64,000 nucleotides of DNA from Pseudomonadota bacterium. GTDB taxonomy: Bacteria > Bdellovibrionota > FAC87 > UBA2466. A program made the translations under genes and the position numbers. Every line of letters starts with the position of its first letter. The first letter of the stretch is position 1. Under the pieces are notes generated by a model that saw only the letters and a list, made by a program, of their open reading frames with translations, did no database searches and had not been told where the DNA came from. Location of the stretch: assembly GCA_009927165.1 (NCBI GenBank), contig RFNO01000038.1, forward strand, positions 13,574 to 77,573, read 5' to 3'. Positions 56,042-64,000 of this stretch are shown one piece after another.

Positions 56042-56584
56042 ATGAAAAAGAAAACGATCATAGCGCTTAGTTTATTATTCCTCGTGGGGTGTGGAAAGAA
56101 TGACCCCATTACCACTGCTGGTCGTTATCCCTATGGTCCGAGTGTTCCTGCGCCCTCACCGACGTATCCCGGTTTTCCCGGTGGGTATGGCGGAGGAGGG
56201 GGGTATCCTGGAACCGGATATCCCGGCGGAGGCTATTTCCAACCCAATTATCCTGCTTCTTACGGTCCTGGCTTTTACCCTTGGGCGCCAATTTATGGAT
56301 TTTATCAGCAAAACGTAGTTCTTCAGCCTGTCTTTGTGGTCCTCTGGAGCGGCTGGCAAAACTACTGCAATCAATACCGGGTTCCAATCTATGATTTTAC
56401 AACTTTTTGGTACAACTATAGCCCCCAAGTGATGTCTCCTCAGCTTTATGGTTATTTTGCAAATCAGTTCTATCCTTGGATGAACCCCTATGCGACTTTT
56501 AGTCCTTACTCAGCACCCGAAGTATTTTGGCAGAACTATTCGGGGATACCCTATGGGTACTCGTGTGCTTCTGGATGTTATTAG
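56042..56584 (+). CDS. Tyr/Gly/Pro-rich lipoprotein, unknown function
   Basis: MKKKTIIALSLLFLVGC carries a canonical lipobox. The mature part is very rich in Tyr, Gly, Pro, Phe and Trp (YPGFPGGYGGGGGYPGTGYPGGGYFQPNYPASYGPGFYPW...). Confidence 0.65.
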   Translation: MKKKTIIALSLLFLVGCGKNDPITTAGRYPYGPSVPAPSPTYPGFPGGYGGGGGYPGTGYPGGGYFQPNYPASYGPGFYPWAPIYGFYQQNVVLQPVFVVLWSGWQNYCNQYRVPIYDFTTFWYNYSPQVMSPQLYGYFANQFYPWMNPYATFSPYSAPEVFWQNYSGIPYGYSCASGCY

Positions 56585-56684
56585 CCTCCTAAAAACGATT
56601 CTCATCTCAGTCAATGAAATGACGCTTGGAAAGCCTCTCTGACGTTTGATTCACTGGGTCTAGCGTATTCTTAAGGAATATCTC

Positions 56685-56700
56685 TGGCACTCCCTTTGCA
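56685..56700 (+). promoter_or_regulatory. consensus sigma-54 promoter TGGCAC-N5-TTGCA upstream of fliL
   Basis: Exact match to the -24/-12 consensus. It is intergenic and 43 nt upstream of ATG 56743, which has the RBS GAGGGGGAG. Confidence 0.65.
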
Positions 56701-56742
56701 CAATTTGCCAGCAAGTCACACACATTTCAGAGGGGGAGTCCT

Positions 56743-57330
56743 ATGGCTGAAGTCGCCAAAAAACCAACTGAAGCACCGCAAAAAAAAGAAGGTGCAGCCG
56801 AAGCACCCAAAACCAAAGCCAAGCTTGACCTTCTTGGATTGGTCTCGGTGGTTGTTGTTACTTTGAATTTGGCCGCAGTGGCAGGCTTAGGTCTCTACTT
56901 AAAAAAAATATGGTCAAAAATGTCTGAGTTGGAAACTCGGATGGAACAAGTAGCCCACCAAAATGATGAAGAATTAGTTTCCAGTCCAAAAGAAAAACCT
57001 ACGGTAAGAGCGATTACTCCTGGAGTTCAGGGAACGCTTTATCCGATGGACAGTTTCTTGGTAAATATTTCCAGCGATCAAGGGCCAAAATTTCTCCAAA
57101 CTCAAATGGAGTTTGAACTCAGCGATGCTGCTACTGAAGATGAGGTTACTCGAAAGAAAGCAGCAATTCGTGATGCCATCATCGTTCTTTTGAGTAGTCG
57201 CAGTTATAAACAGATTCGTGAAACTACGGGGATGGTGACTTTGCGAAGAGACCTTTTAAGAGCGGTAAACAACTTACTCTCAAATGGAAAAGTTCGAGAA
57301 ATTTACTTTACCCAGTTCCACTTCAACTAA
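56743..57330 (+). CDS. fliL: flagellar basal-body-associated protein FliL
   Basis: It has a single TM segment, then LYPMDSFLVNISSDQGPKFLQTQMEFEL..., AAIRDAIIVLLSS..., KVREIYFTQFHFN. Position is immediately upstream of fliM. Confidence 0.85.
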   Translation: MAEVAKKPTEAPQKKEGAAEAPKTKAKLDLLGLVSVVVVTLNLAAVAGLGLYLKKIWSKMSELETRMEQVAHQNDEELVSSPKEKPTVRAITPGVQGTLYPMDSFLVNISSDQGPKFLQTQMEFELSDAATEDEVTRKKAAIRDAIIVLLSSRSYKQIRETTGMVTLRRDLLRAVNNLLSNGKVREIYFTQFHFN

Positions 57331-57344
57331 TTGGAGCGTAGCCA

Positions 57345-58406
57345 ATGCCAGAAGTTCTTAGTCAATCAGAAATAGATTCTCTTCTGTCTGCGGTATCCAC
57401 CGGGGCTGTCGAGAGCGATAGTGGCAAGGCCGATCAGGCAAATCCTAAAGGAGGAAAGGCGACTTCCTCTGCTTCCGATTGGATTGCTTACGATTTGACG
57501 TCCCAGGAGAAAATAGTACGTGGTCGATTAGTTGCACTTCAAGGGATCCATGAACGTTTCGCGCGCCTTTTCCGAGTTTCCTTAACTAATTCATTAAAGA
57601 AACCAGTGACCGTTAATTTTGTGAGAACTGATTTTGTAAAGGCTGGAGATTACCTCTCAAATCTCATGTTGCCTACTTCGATCAATATCGTATCCTTAAA
57701 GGACCTCAAGGGATATTTGTTGTTTATAGTCAGCTCAAAACTTACTTATGCTCTAGTAGATGCCTATTATGGTGGTTCAGAGCGCCCATTCGCTAAAGTT
57801 GGAGCTCGCGAAGAGTTTACTAATATTGAAAACAACATGATCCAAAAGATCTCCCAAATCGCTTACCGCGATATGGAAGAAGCATGGAAATTAAATTATC
57901 CTTTGAGTCTCCAGCACCAACGAACTGAAAATAATCCACACTTTGTCGGAACCATTCATCCATCCGAATTGGTGGCAGTAGTCACTCTTGATGTTGAATT
58001 CGAAAACCTAACAGGCCCTTGTGTAATTTTGCTGCAGCTATCGGCTCTTGAAAGTATCCAGGAATATTTGGGTTTCAATATTACTGGTGAGTTTTCGATG
58101 GATAAGAGAACATGGCGCAAGCATTGGATCAAAGAATTGTTAACCTGTGAAATGCTCTTACAAGTCGAATTAGGTTCGGCCACAAAGACTTTGGGAGAAA
58201 TGGAGCAATTGAAAGTGGGAGATGTTCTCACTCTGACACAGGACTCGGTAGCCCCTCTGGATATTTACATTCAGGGACAGGCAAAAATGAAGGGACTCAT
58301 GGGCACTTTTCGCGGAAATTCAGCAGTTCAAGTAACGACTACGCTTAACTCAGAAGATACAGGTGAAGGAGAATATCATGATCAACGTAAAGTTTCCCAT
58401 GGCTAA
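57345..58406 (+). CDS. fliM: flagellar motor switch protein FliM
   Basis: N-terminal CheY-P-binding-type motif LSQSEIDSLL, ~350 aa, C-terminal SpoA-like domain. Confidence 0.9.
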   Translation: MPEVLSQSEIDSLLSAVSTGAVESDSGKADQANPKGGKATSSASDWIAYDLTSQEKIVRGRLVALQGIHERFARLFRVSLTNSLKKPVTVNFVRTDFVKAGDYLSNLMLPTSINIVSLKDLKGYLLFIVSSKLTYALVDAYYGGSERPFAKVGAREEFTNIENNMIQKISQIAYRDMEEAWKLNYPLSLQHQRTENNPHFVGTIHPSELVAVVTLDVEFENLTGPCVILLQLSALESIQEYLGFNITGEFSMDKRTWRKHWIKELLTCEMLLQVELGSATKTLGEMEQLKVGDVLTLTQDSVAPLDIYIQGQAKMKGLMGTFRGNSAVQVTTTLNSEDTGEGEYHDQRKVSHG

Positions 58407-58737
58407 TAATGAGACAGAAGGAGGCTCGGGCACTCCAAATTTGAAAGTCGTCCCCGAAATAAAAGAAGAGTCCCAACTTCAGTATGTTTTGGATATCCCA
58501 CTTCGTGTGAGTGTGGAATTGGGACGAACCAAAATCCTTGTTCAAGATCTGATCAAACTGCACAAAGGCTCTGTGATTGAGTTGTCAAAAATAGCGGGTG
58601 AAGCACTTGAAGTATTAGTAAATGATAAAGTGGTTGCTAAAGGCGAAGTCATTGTGGTCAATGAAAAATTTGGGGTTCGCCTGACAGACATCGTGAGCAA
58701 TACGCAACGAATTAGACAGCTAGGAGAATTGGCATGA
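58378..58737 (+). CDS. fliN: flagellar motor switch protein FliN
   Basis: SpoA domain present (VSVELGRTKILVQDLIKLHKGSVIELSKIAGEALEVLVNDKVVAKGEVIVVNEKFGVRLTDIV). I place the start at ATG 58378, behind AAGGAG at 6 nt spacing. The listed GTG 58363 and ATG 58399 are alternatives. Confidence 0.9.
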   Translation: MINVKFPMANNETEGGSGTPNLKVVPEIKEESQLQYVLDIPLRVSVELGRTKILVQDLIKLHKGSVIELSKIAGEALEVLVNDKVVAKGEVIVVNEKFGVRLTDIVSNTQRIRQLGELA

Positions 58738-59534
58738 GACAGTTCCTCATCGCTTTCCTTTTGTGTTGTGCCTACTTCGCTATTGGGGCGGAAGTAAAAG
58801 AAGTCAAAGTGGGTGGCACGGAACGCGCTGAAGTATCTATTGTCGGCGATCTTACGTCGGAATCACCTTCCTGGAAAATCACCAACAATATTCTCGAACT
58901 CAACTTCTCAAACACGCATCTTTCCTCAGCGACCGGAGGGAAAATTGAATTGGATGCTCCCCATTCCCTGATTAAACGTCTAACTTTATACGCCAGCGAT
59001 GAGAATACTGTTAAAGGGAAAATTATTCTCAATGGCAGCACCGAAGACATTAAGAAAAGAATACAGATGGGGCAGGCGGGACAGACGCTGAAGCTGGCAA
59101 TTGATTATCCGAAAAATCAAAGCGCAACGCTGAGTCTTCTCCAAGAAGAGCAGTTGCCTCTAGCGGGACTCGCGGCTACTGGCAAGACCGGAAATGAAAA
59201 GGGGTATAGAAGTGCCGTTGCGATTGTTCTTTTAGTTCTTCTGTTTATTGGCATGGGTGTGTTTCTTGTTTTGAGAACGGTAAAAAATAAAGTTGGGCTC
59301 AAAGGAACTCGTCGTTATTTGATTGAACAACTCGGCTATCATTCTTTAGGAGCAAAGTCGGGAGTGAGTCTGCTGCGTATCGGACAAGAGTTTGTGCTTG
59401 TGGGTGTTACCCCTAACTCAATTAATATCATTTCCCATCTTCCCAAACTTCGGGAGCAGTACGAAGAGGAAACGGGTTTTGAACGTGGGGTATTTAAGCA
59501 GGCGATTGCCGAAGAAGTTCAACGTCTCAAGTAA
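58734..59534 (+). CDS. fliO: FliO-like flagellar export-gate assembly protein with long periplasmic N-terminal (AMIN-like) extension
   Basis: Position between fliN and fliP. It has a central TM segment (AVAIVLLVLLFIGMGVFLVL) followed by a FliO-type segment (RRYLIEQLGYHSLGAKSGVSLLRIGQEFVLVGVTPNSINIISHL). An extra ~150-residue N-terminal domain sits behind a signal peptide. Confidence 0.6.
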   Translation: MRQFLIAFLLCCAYFAIGAEVKEVKVGGTERAEVSIVGDLTSESPSWKITNNILELNFSNTHLSSATGGKIELDAPHSLIKRLTLYASDENTVKGKIILNGSTEDIKKRIQMGQAGQTLKLAIDYPKNQSATLSLLQEEQLPLAGLAATGKTGNEKGYRSAVAIVLLVLLFIGMGVFLVLRTVKNKVGLKGTRRYLIEQLGYHSLGAKSGVSLLRIGQEFVLVGVTPNSINIISHLPKLREQYEEETGFERGVFKQAIAEEVQRLK

Positions 59535-59561
59535 GCCATAAAATAATCGCGAGAAAGTCCT

Positions 59562-60311
59562 ATGATTCGTTTGATCACACTTTTATTTCAAAGTCTGTGG
59601 GTAAATGGGCTTTCCCACGCTGCAGCCTCCGGTTCGGCCATTCCTCCTTTGCAATTATCTGTTGGAGCAGGGGGAACTCCCGAGCAAACAGCAGTAGCAC
59701 TGAAAATCGTTGCCCTTCTCACGATTTTAGGGCTAGCTCCTTCACTTCTCATTATGCTCACATCTTTTGTTAGGATTGTGATCGTAATGTCTTTTCTTCG
59801 ACAAGCGATTGGTACCCAAGTTCTGCCCCCCAATCAATTAATCATCGCTCTTTCAATGTTTTTGACCGTTTTCATCATGGCCCCTGTTTGGAAGGGGATC
59901 AATCAGGATGCTTTGCAGCCTTATTTGAGCAATAAGATAAGTCAGATGGAAGCGCTCAAATATACAGAAAGCTACGTCCGAAAATTCATGTTTAAACAAA
60001 CGAGAGACAAAGATCTGGGACTGTTTGTGAAGTTGGCTGGGCTTCAAACTCCCGATAAACGCGCTGACGTTCCTACCTATATCCTGATTCCAGCATTCAT
60101 GATTTCAGAGCTCAAAACGGCATTTTATATTGGGTTCATGATCTATATTCCATTTCTTGTCTTAGACATGGTCGTAGCAGCCATCTTGATGGCTATGGGT
60201 ATGATGATGTTACCGCCTGTTGTGATTTCACTGCCCTTTAAGCTGATTCTATTTGTTCTGGTAGATGGTTGGCAGCTGATTGTGGGATCGCTCGTGAAGA
60301 GTTTCGGGTAA
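59562..60311 (+). CDS. fliP: flagellar type III export protein FliP
   Basis: Conserved FliP segments are present (LTSFVRIVIVMSFLRQAIGTQ, PPNQLIIALSMFLTVFIMAPV, IPAFMISELKTAFYIGF). Confidence 0.95.
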   Translation: MIRLITLLFQSLWVNGLSHAAASGSAIPPLQLSVGAGGTPEQTAVALKIVALLTILGLAPSLLIMLTSFVRIVIVMSFLRQAIGTQVLPPNQLIIALSMFLTVFIMAPVWKGINQDALQPYLSNKISQMEALKYTESYVRKFMFKQTRDKDLGLFVKLAGLQTPDKRADVPTYILIPAFMISELKTAFYIGFMIYIPFLVLDMVVAAILMAMGMMMLPPVVISLPFKLILFVLVDGWQLIVGSLVKSFG

Positions 60312-60321
60312 AGGAAGAAAT

Positions 60322-60591
60322 ATGACTCCAGAATATGTGTTGGATATTTTGAGGCAAGCTTTAAAAACCGCAGTGCTCTTATCGGCTCCGCTCTTGCTTT
60401 TTGGTCTAATAGTAGGGGTGATTACAAATATTTTTCAAGCGGTAACCCAGTTGAGTGAAACTACACTCGCTGTTGTTCCCAAATTCGCCGCGATGTTGTT
60501 GGCTTTTATCTTGTTCTCTCCTTGGATGGTGGATGTGATCACAGATTTCACTATTCAGTTGTTTGAGAATATTCCCAGCGCAGTGAGGTGA
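60322..60591 (+). CDS. fliQ: flagellar type III export protein FliQ
   Basis: 89 aa, two TM segments, with the motif ...QAVTQLSETTLAVVPK... Confidence 0.9.
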   Translation: MTPEYVLDILRQALKTAVLLSAPLLLFGLIVGVITNIFQAVTQLSETTLAVVPKFAAMLLAFILFSPWMVDVITDFTIQLFENIPSAVR

Positions 60592-61382
60592 AGGTGCTTT
60601 CTGAGCTTTATCCTTTAGCATGGAACAACTATCTCGATATCACTGCGGTCGTTCTTCGCCTAGTAGGTGTGTTTGTTCTTGCTCCCGCTTTTAATCACCG
60701 TTCTATACCCGCCTCGATCAAGATCTGCTTGGCCCTTTCATTGTCGTTAGCGCTGTATCCAGTACTACGGCCGTACTTAAGCCCATTCCCGAATGATTTG
60801 TCCGGATTGATTGGGTTAGCCTTAAGAGAGACATTGATCGGTTTCTTCCTGGGGTTGTCCATTCACCTTGCAGTTGAAGGGGTTCATGTTGCTGCTCAAT
60901 TTATTGGTTTTCAAATGGGGTTCGGAGTAGGGGGACTGATGGACCCTCAAATACAGAGCTCGGTGACTGTGATGGTGCCGCTGTACGGCTGGATGGTACT
61001 CATGTTGTTTTTTGCTCTTAATCTTCATCATGAAGTTCTTTTCCTTTTTGTACAAAGCTTCAAAATTACCAAAAGTGCACAGCAATCATTTTTAGAAAAT
61101 CCCTCATTAATGAAGCTAATCGTATCGATGTTCTCAGAGTTATTTATCACTGCGGTAAAAATGGCTACTCCATTTACACTGCTAGCACTTTCGAGTAACG
61201 CTGCTGTAGGAATTTTGAATCGACTGATGCCTCAAATGAATGTCCTGTTGTTCAGTTTCCCGATCACTATTCTTTTGGGCTTTATCACTTTTTATATCGT
61301 AGCTCCCGAACTCTTAGAGTTTATTGAAAACGTATTAACAGAAGCTAGTGAAAAGACGGTTGCAATTTTGAGGGCGCTTTAA
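60588..61382 (+). CDS. fliR: flagellar type III export protein FliR
   Basis: 264 aa polytopic protein in the canonical position. GTG start overlaps the fliQ stop. Confidence 0.9.
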   Translation: MKVLSELYPLAWNNYLDITAVVLRLVGVFVLAPAFNHRSIPASIKICLALSLSLALYPVLRPYLSPFPNDLSGLIGLALRETLIGFFLGLSIHLAVEGVHVAAQFIGFQMGFGVGGLMDPQIQSSVTVMVPLYGWMVLMLFFALNLHHEVLFLFVQSFKITKSAQQSFLENPSLMKLIVSMFSELFITAVKMATPFTLLALSSNAAVGILNRLMPQMNVLLFSFPITILLGFITFYIVAPELLEFIENVLTEASEKTVAILRAL

Positions 61383-61385
61383 CCA

Positions 61386-62458
61386 ATGGCGCTGTTCGAA
61401 GGATCAGACGAGGAAAGGACTGAAACCGCGAGCGCGTTTCGTCGCGAGGAATTCCGGAAAAAGGGTTCTGTTGCTGTTTCCCGGGAGCTACTTTCCGTAG
61501 CTTTGATGTTTGCGGTTGTTGCCACACTTTACTTTTCCGTAAATGGGATTTTCCGGGAGTTTGGTGGTCTTATTGAAAAGTTTTTTAAGTTTGGGAATGG
61601 TGGTGACTTTAGCAAGCAGGAGTTCCTAAGAATTAAAAATGACATGGGGATTTCATTCTTTTGGATGGTCACTCCTGTTTTTGTAGTAGCGATGATAGCT
61701 GGAATTCTTACTAGCGCTGCACAAGTAGGATTTTATATTACTTGGGAGCCACTGACCCCCAACTGGGACAGAATAAATCCAGTTTCTGGGTTGCAGAGAT
61801 TGTTTCTTCAAAAGGACTCGTAGAAGCGTTAAAAGCCGTTCTGAAAATAGTAGTCGTTGGTTGGGTTGCTTGGAAATTTTGCCTTTCCCATTCCGAAGTA
61901 GTCTCTGGACTTCTTGGAAAGACTCCAGGCGAAGAGGCCATTTTAGTATTACAGATTCTCGGGAAACTGTTTCTGACCCTTGTGTCCGCTTGTGTTGTGA
62001 TAGCTGCAGCTGATTATGGATTTCAGAAATACTTTCTCGAAAAGCAGATGAGAATGACTCGTCGGGAAATGAAAGAGGAGTTTAAACTGCGAGAGGGGGA
62101 TCCCCTTATCAAATCGAGGATCCGAGGAATTCAGAAGCGAATTGCTGGTCGCAGAATGATGGAAGATGTCCCGAAAGCGGCAGTTATTGTTACCAACCCG
62201 ACACATTTGGCGGTTGCGCTCCAATATGAAGAGGGAATGGCCGCACCGAAAGTGATTGCAAAGGGTGCTGGATTTATCGCAGACAAAATAAGGGAACTCG
62301 CAAAAACTAATGGCATTCCGATTGTGGAGAACAAGCCGCTGGCGAGAACACTTTTTAAGAATATAAAAATTGGGCACTCCATCCCTAAAGATCTCTACAA
62401 AGCGGTCGCAGAGGTTTTAGCTTATGTTTTCAAGCTGAAGGGTCTGAGAAGAGCCTGA
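61386..62458 (+). pseudogene. flhB: flagellar export switch protein FlhB, interrupted by a 1-nt frameshift near 61803-61806 (two ORFs: 61386..61823 and 61742..62458)
   Basis: ORF 1 carries the FlhB N-terminus (EERTETASAFRREEFRKKGSVAVSRE ... NPVSGLQRLF). The conserved continuation SSKGLVEALKAVLKIVVVG is in the -1 frame, and that frame runs on to the NPTH autocleavage motif (VTNPTHLAVAL). Adding 1 nt to the combined length gives 358 codons, a normal FlhB size. Confidence 0.85.
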
Positions 62459-62476
62459 AGAGCAGGAGAAAAATAA

Positions 62477-64000
62477 ATGAAAGAAAAAGCATTGTCACTG
62501 AATAGTCTTCTCAAGCACACAGATTTGTTGATTGCCCTTGGAGTGTTAGGAACCCTGTTAGTCATGATCGTTCCCATGCCAGCAATGGTAATGGATATAC
62601 TTTTAGTTGGTAGTATTACGCTCAGTGTGACAATTCTTCTTGTTGCTGTTTATTCGGGACGACCCTTAGAGTTCTCTGTTTTTCCTACTATCTTATTGTT
62701 TGCAACCTTATTTAGATTGTCACTCAACGTGGCTAGCACCCGTTTAATTCTTCTCAACGGGCACTTGGGAACCGCGGCTGCAGGGCATGTAATCGAAACG
62801 TTCGGTAGCTTCGTAGTTGGGGGAAACTACATTGTTGGGCTCGTTGTGTTTACACTTCTGATTGTTATCAATTTCGTCGTTATCACTAAAGGTTCGGGGC
62901 GAGTCGCTGAAGTAGCAGCTCGTTTTATTTTGGATGCGATGCCTGGAAAACAAATGAGCATCGATGCCGATCTTAACGCTGGATTAATTAATGAGGAACA
63001 AGCGCGAGAGCGACGCTCCAAGATTGAGCAGGAGGCCGATTTCTATGGAGCGATGGATGGTGCTAGTAAATTTGTACGCGGAGACGCTATTGCGGGAATC
63101 ATTATTACAGTGATTAACATTATTGGTGGCTTTGCGATTGGGGTTTTTCAAAAAGACCTCGCAATTGGGAAAGCTGCTGAAATGTACACTTTGATGACCA
63201 TTGGTGACGGCTTAGTAACCCAGATTCCTTCGCTTATTGTTTCAACGGCCGCTGGTATCGTAGTTACTCGGGCAGCTTCTGGCAATAATCTGTCAAAAGA
63301 AGTTGCACGTCAGCTCTTCTTGCAGTCACGTGCTTTGGGGGCAACTGCCGGTATTCTCTTTCTGATGGGATTGATGCCAGGTCTACCTACGGCACCCTTT
63401 CTTTTCTTGTCAGTGGTGTGTGGTTCCATCTCCTACACAGTGGGAAAAAAGGAAAAAGCTGAGGAAGTACTGAAGAAAGAAGAAGAAAAGAAGCAGATTG
63501 AAGCACAAGCTGTTGAAACCAATGTTCCGCCTGATGTGGATACCCTTGAGCTCCAAGTGGGGTATGGAATTGTGAACTTGGTTGAAGGTGAAGGAAAAGG
63601 CGATTTGATCGACAGAATTTTCCAGATCCGAAAAGAGTTTGCTAAAGAGCTTGGCATCATTGTTCCTAAAGTTCGGATTAAAGACAATCTGGAGCTGCAA
63701 CCAGCTCAGTATTCCCTCCTGATTAAGGGAGTGCCCGTAGGAGGGGGCGAGCTTCTCTCCGGTTATGTTTTGGCCATGGATTCTGGCAATGTTGAGGAAC
63801 CTGTGCCAGGTATAGAAACGAAGGAGCCTGTGTTTGGGCTGCCGGCACTTTGGATTCCCGAAAAATTAAGGGAAAAAGCTCAGATGGATGGGTACACAGT
63901 AGTAGATGCGTCAACTATTGTTGCCACTCATCTTACGGAGACAATCCGTCGCCACGCTTCTGAATTAATTGGTCGGCAAGAGTTGCAATCTCTTGTGGAT
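62477..64000 (+). CDS. flhA: flagellar type III export protein FlhA (3' partial, runs off window end)
   Basis: Not in the ORF track because no stop is reached. My translation from ATG 62477 gives MKEKALSLNSLLKHTDLLIALGVLGTLLVMIVPMP...FPTILLFATLFRLSLNVASTRLIL...RFILDAMPGKQMSIDADLNAGLI...EADFYGAMDGASKFVRGDAIAG, the conserved FlhA N-terminal domain. Confidence 0.95.
   Translation, partial: MKEKALSLNSLLKHTDLLIALGVLGTLLVMIVPMPAMVMDILLVGSITLSVTILLVAVYSGRPLEFSVFPTILLFATLFRLSLNVASTRLILLNGHLGTAAAGHVIETFGSFVVGGNYIVGLVVFTLLIVINFVVITKGSGRVAEVAARFILDAMPGKQMSIDADLNAGLINEEQARERRSKIEQEADFYGAMDGASKFVRGDAIAGIIITVINIIGGFAIGVFQKDLAIGKAAEMYTLMTIGDGLVTQIPSLIVSTAAGIVVTRAASGNNLSKEVARQLFLQSRALGATAGILFLMGLMPGLPTAPFLFLSVVCGSISYTVGKKEKAEEVLKKEEEKKQIEAQAVETNVPPDVDTLELQVGYGIVNLVEGEGKGDLIDRIFQIRKEFAKELGIIVPKVRIKDNLELQPAQYSLLIKGVPVGGGELLSGYVLAMDSGNVEEPVPGIETKEPVFGLPALWIPEKLREKAQMDGYTVVDASTIVATHLTETIRRHASELIGRQELQSLVD

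Noticed and set aside
61797-61810. Programmed -1 ribosomal frameshifting as the explanation for the split flhB.
   Set aside because: I saw no X XXY YYZ slippery heptamer and no obvious downstream stimulatory structure. A single-T indel in a T-run is the simpler explanation.

Overview
This is a gene-dense chromosomal window (roughly 90% coding, many 1-4 nt start/stop overlaps) from a Gram-negative, flagellated bacterium. The gene content (secreted hydrolases, PilZ, MiaE, Mla-type transport, a fliL-to-flhA export operon) loosely suggests a Bdellovibrio-like lineage, but that is only an impression. I recognised no rRNA, tRNA, CRISPR array, transposase, integrase or phage gene.

Layout:
- 1-6.5 kb: envelope and lipid genes (Omp85-type barrel, patatin-like lipase, RsmI-like methylase, LptD, thiolase).
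- 6.6-15.5 kb: an accessory-looking block of PilZ-like, Cys-rich, low-complexity secreted and lipoprotein genes, plus an S8 protease with a CUB-like tail. Several of these genes are preceded by sigma-54-type -24/-12 promoters.
- 15.5-27.8 kb: housekeeping (pyrD, ligA, GT2, ald, ybgF-like, LysM, dprA-smg-topA).
- 27.9-31.9 kb: a leucine/HMG-CoA catabolic cluster with a stand-alone biotinyl carrier.
- 31.9-37 kb: a tonB plus BMP-family ABC importer operon.
- 37-44.6 kb: lipoprotein, TonB-dependent receptor, thioredoxin-like protein, a duplicated Mla-like transporter (2 ATPases, 2 permeases, 1 MCE protein) and a small OM barrel.
- 44.6-54.3 kb: orphan histidine kinase, metE, a miaE/GT-A-like gene pair and an Opp-like importer with no ATPase genes.
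- 54.4-64 kb: HTH gene, two FliL paralogs flanking a Tyr/Gly/Pro-rich lipoprotein, then fliMNOPQR, flhB and the 5' part of flhA.

Most interesting observations:
1. A 17/18-identical 18-bp dyad sits about 100-115 nt upstream of two separate sigma-54-type promoters. This looks like a candidate enhancer-binding-protein regulon of secreted proteins.
2. The two Mla-like ATPases carry complementary motif degeneracy, which predicts an obligate heterodimer with one catalytic and one degenerate ATP site.
3. miaE is translationally coupled to an uncharacterised GT-A-like gene.
4. flhB is split by a 1-nt frameshift.
5. FliO carries an AMIN-like periplasmic extension.

All family calls come from motif recognition by eye. 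No database search was run.
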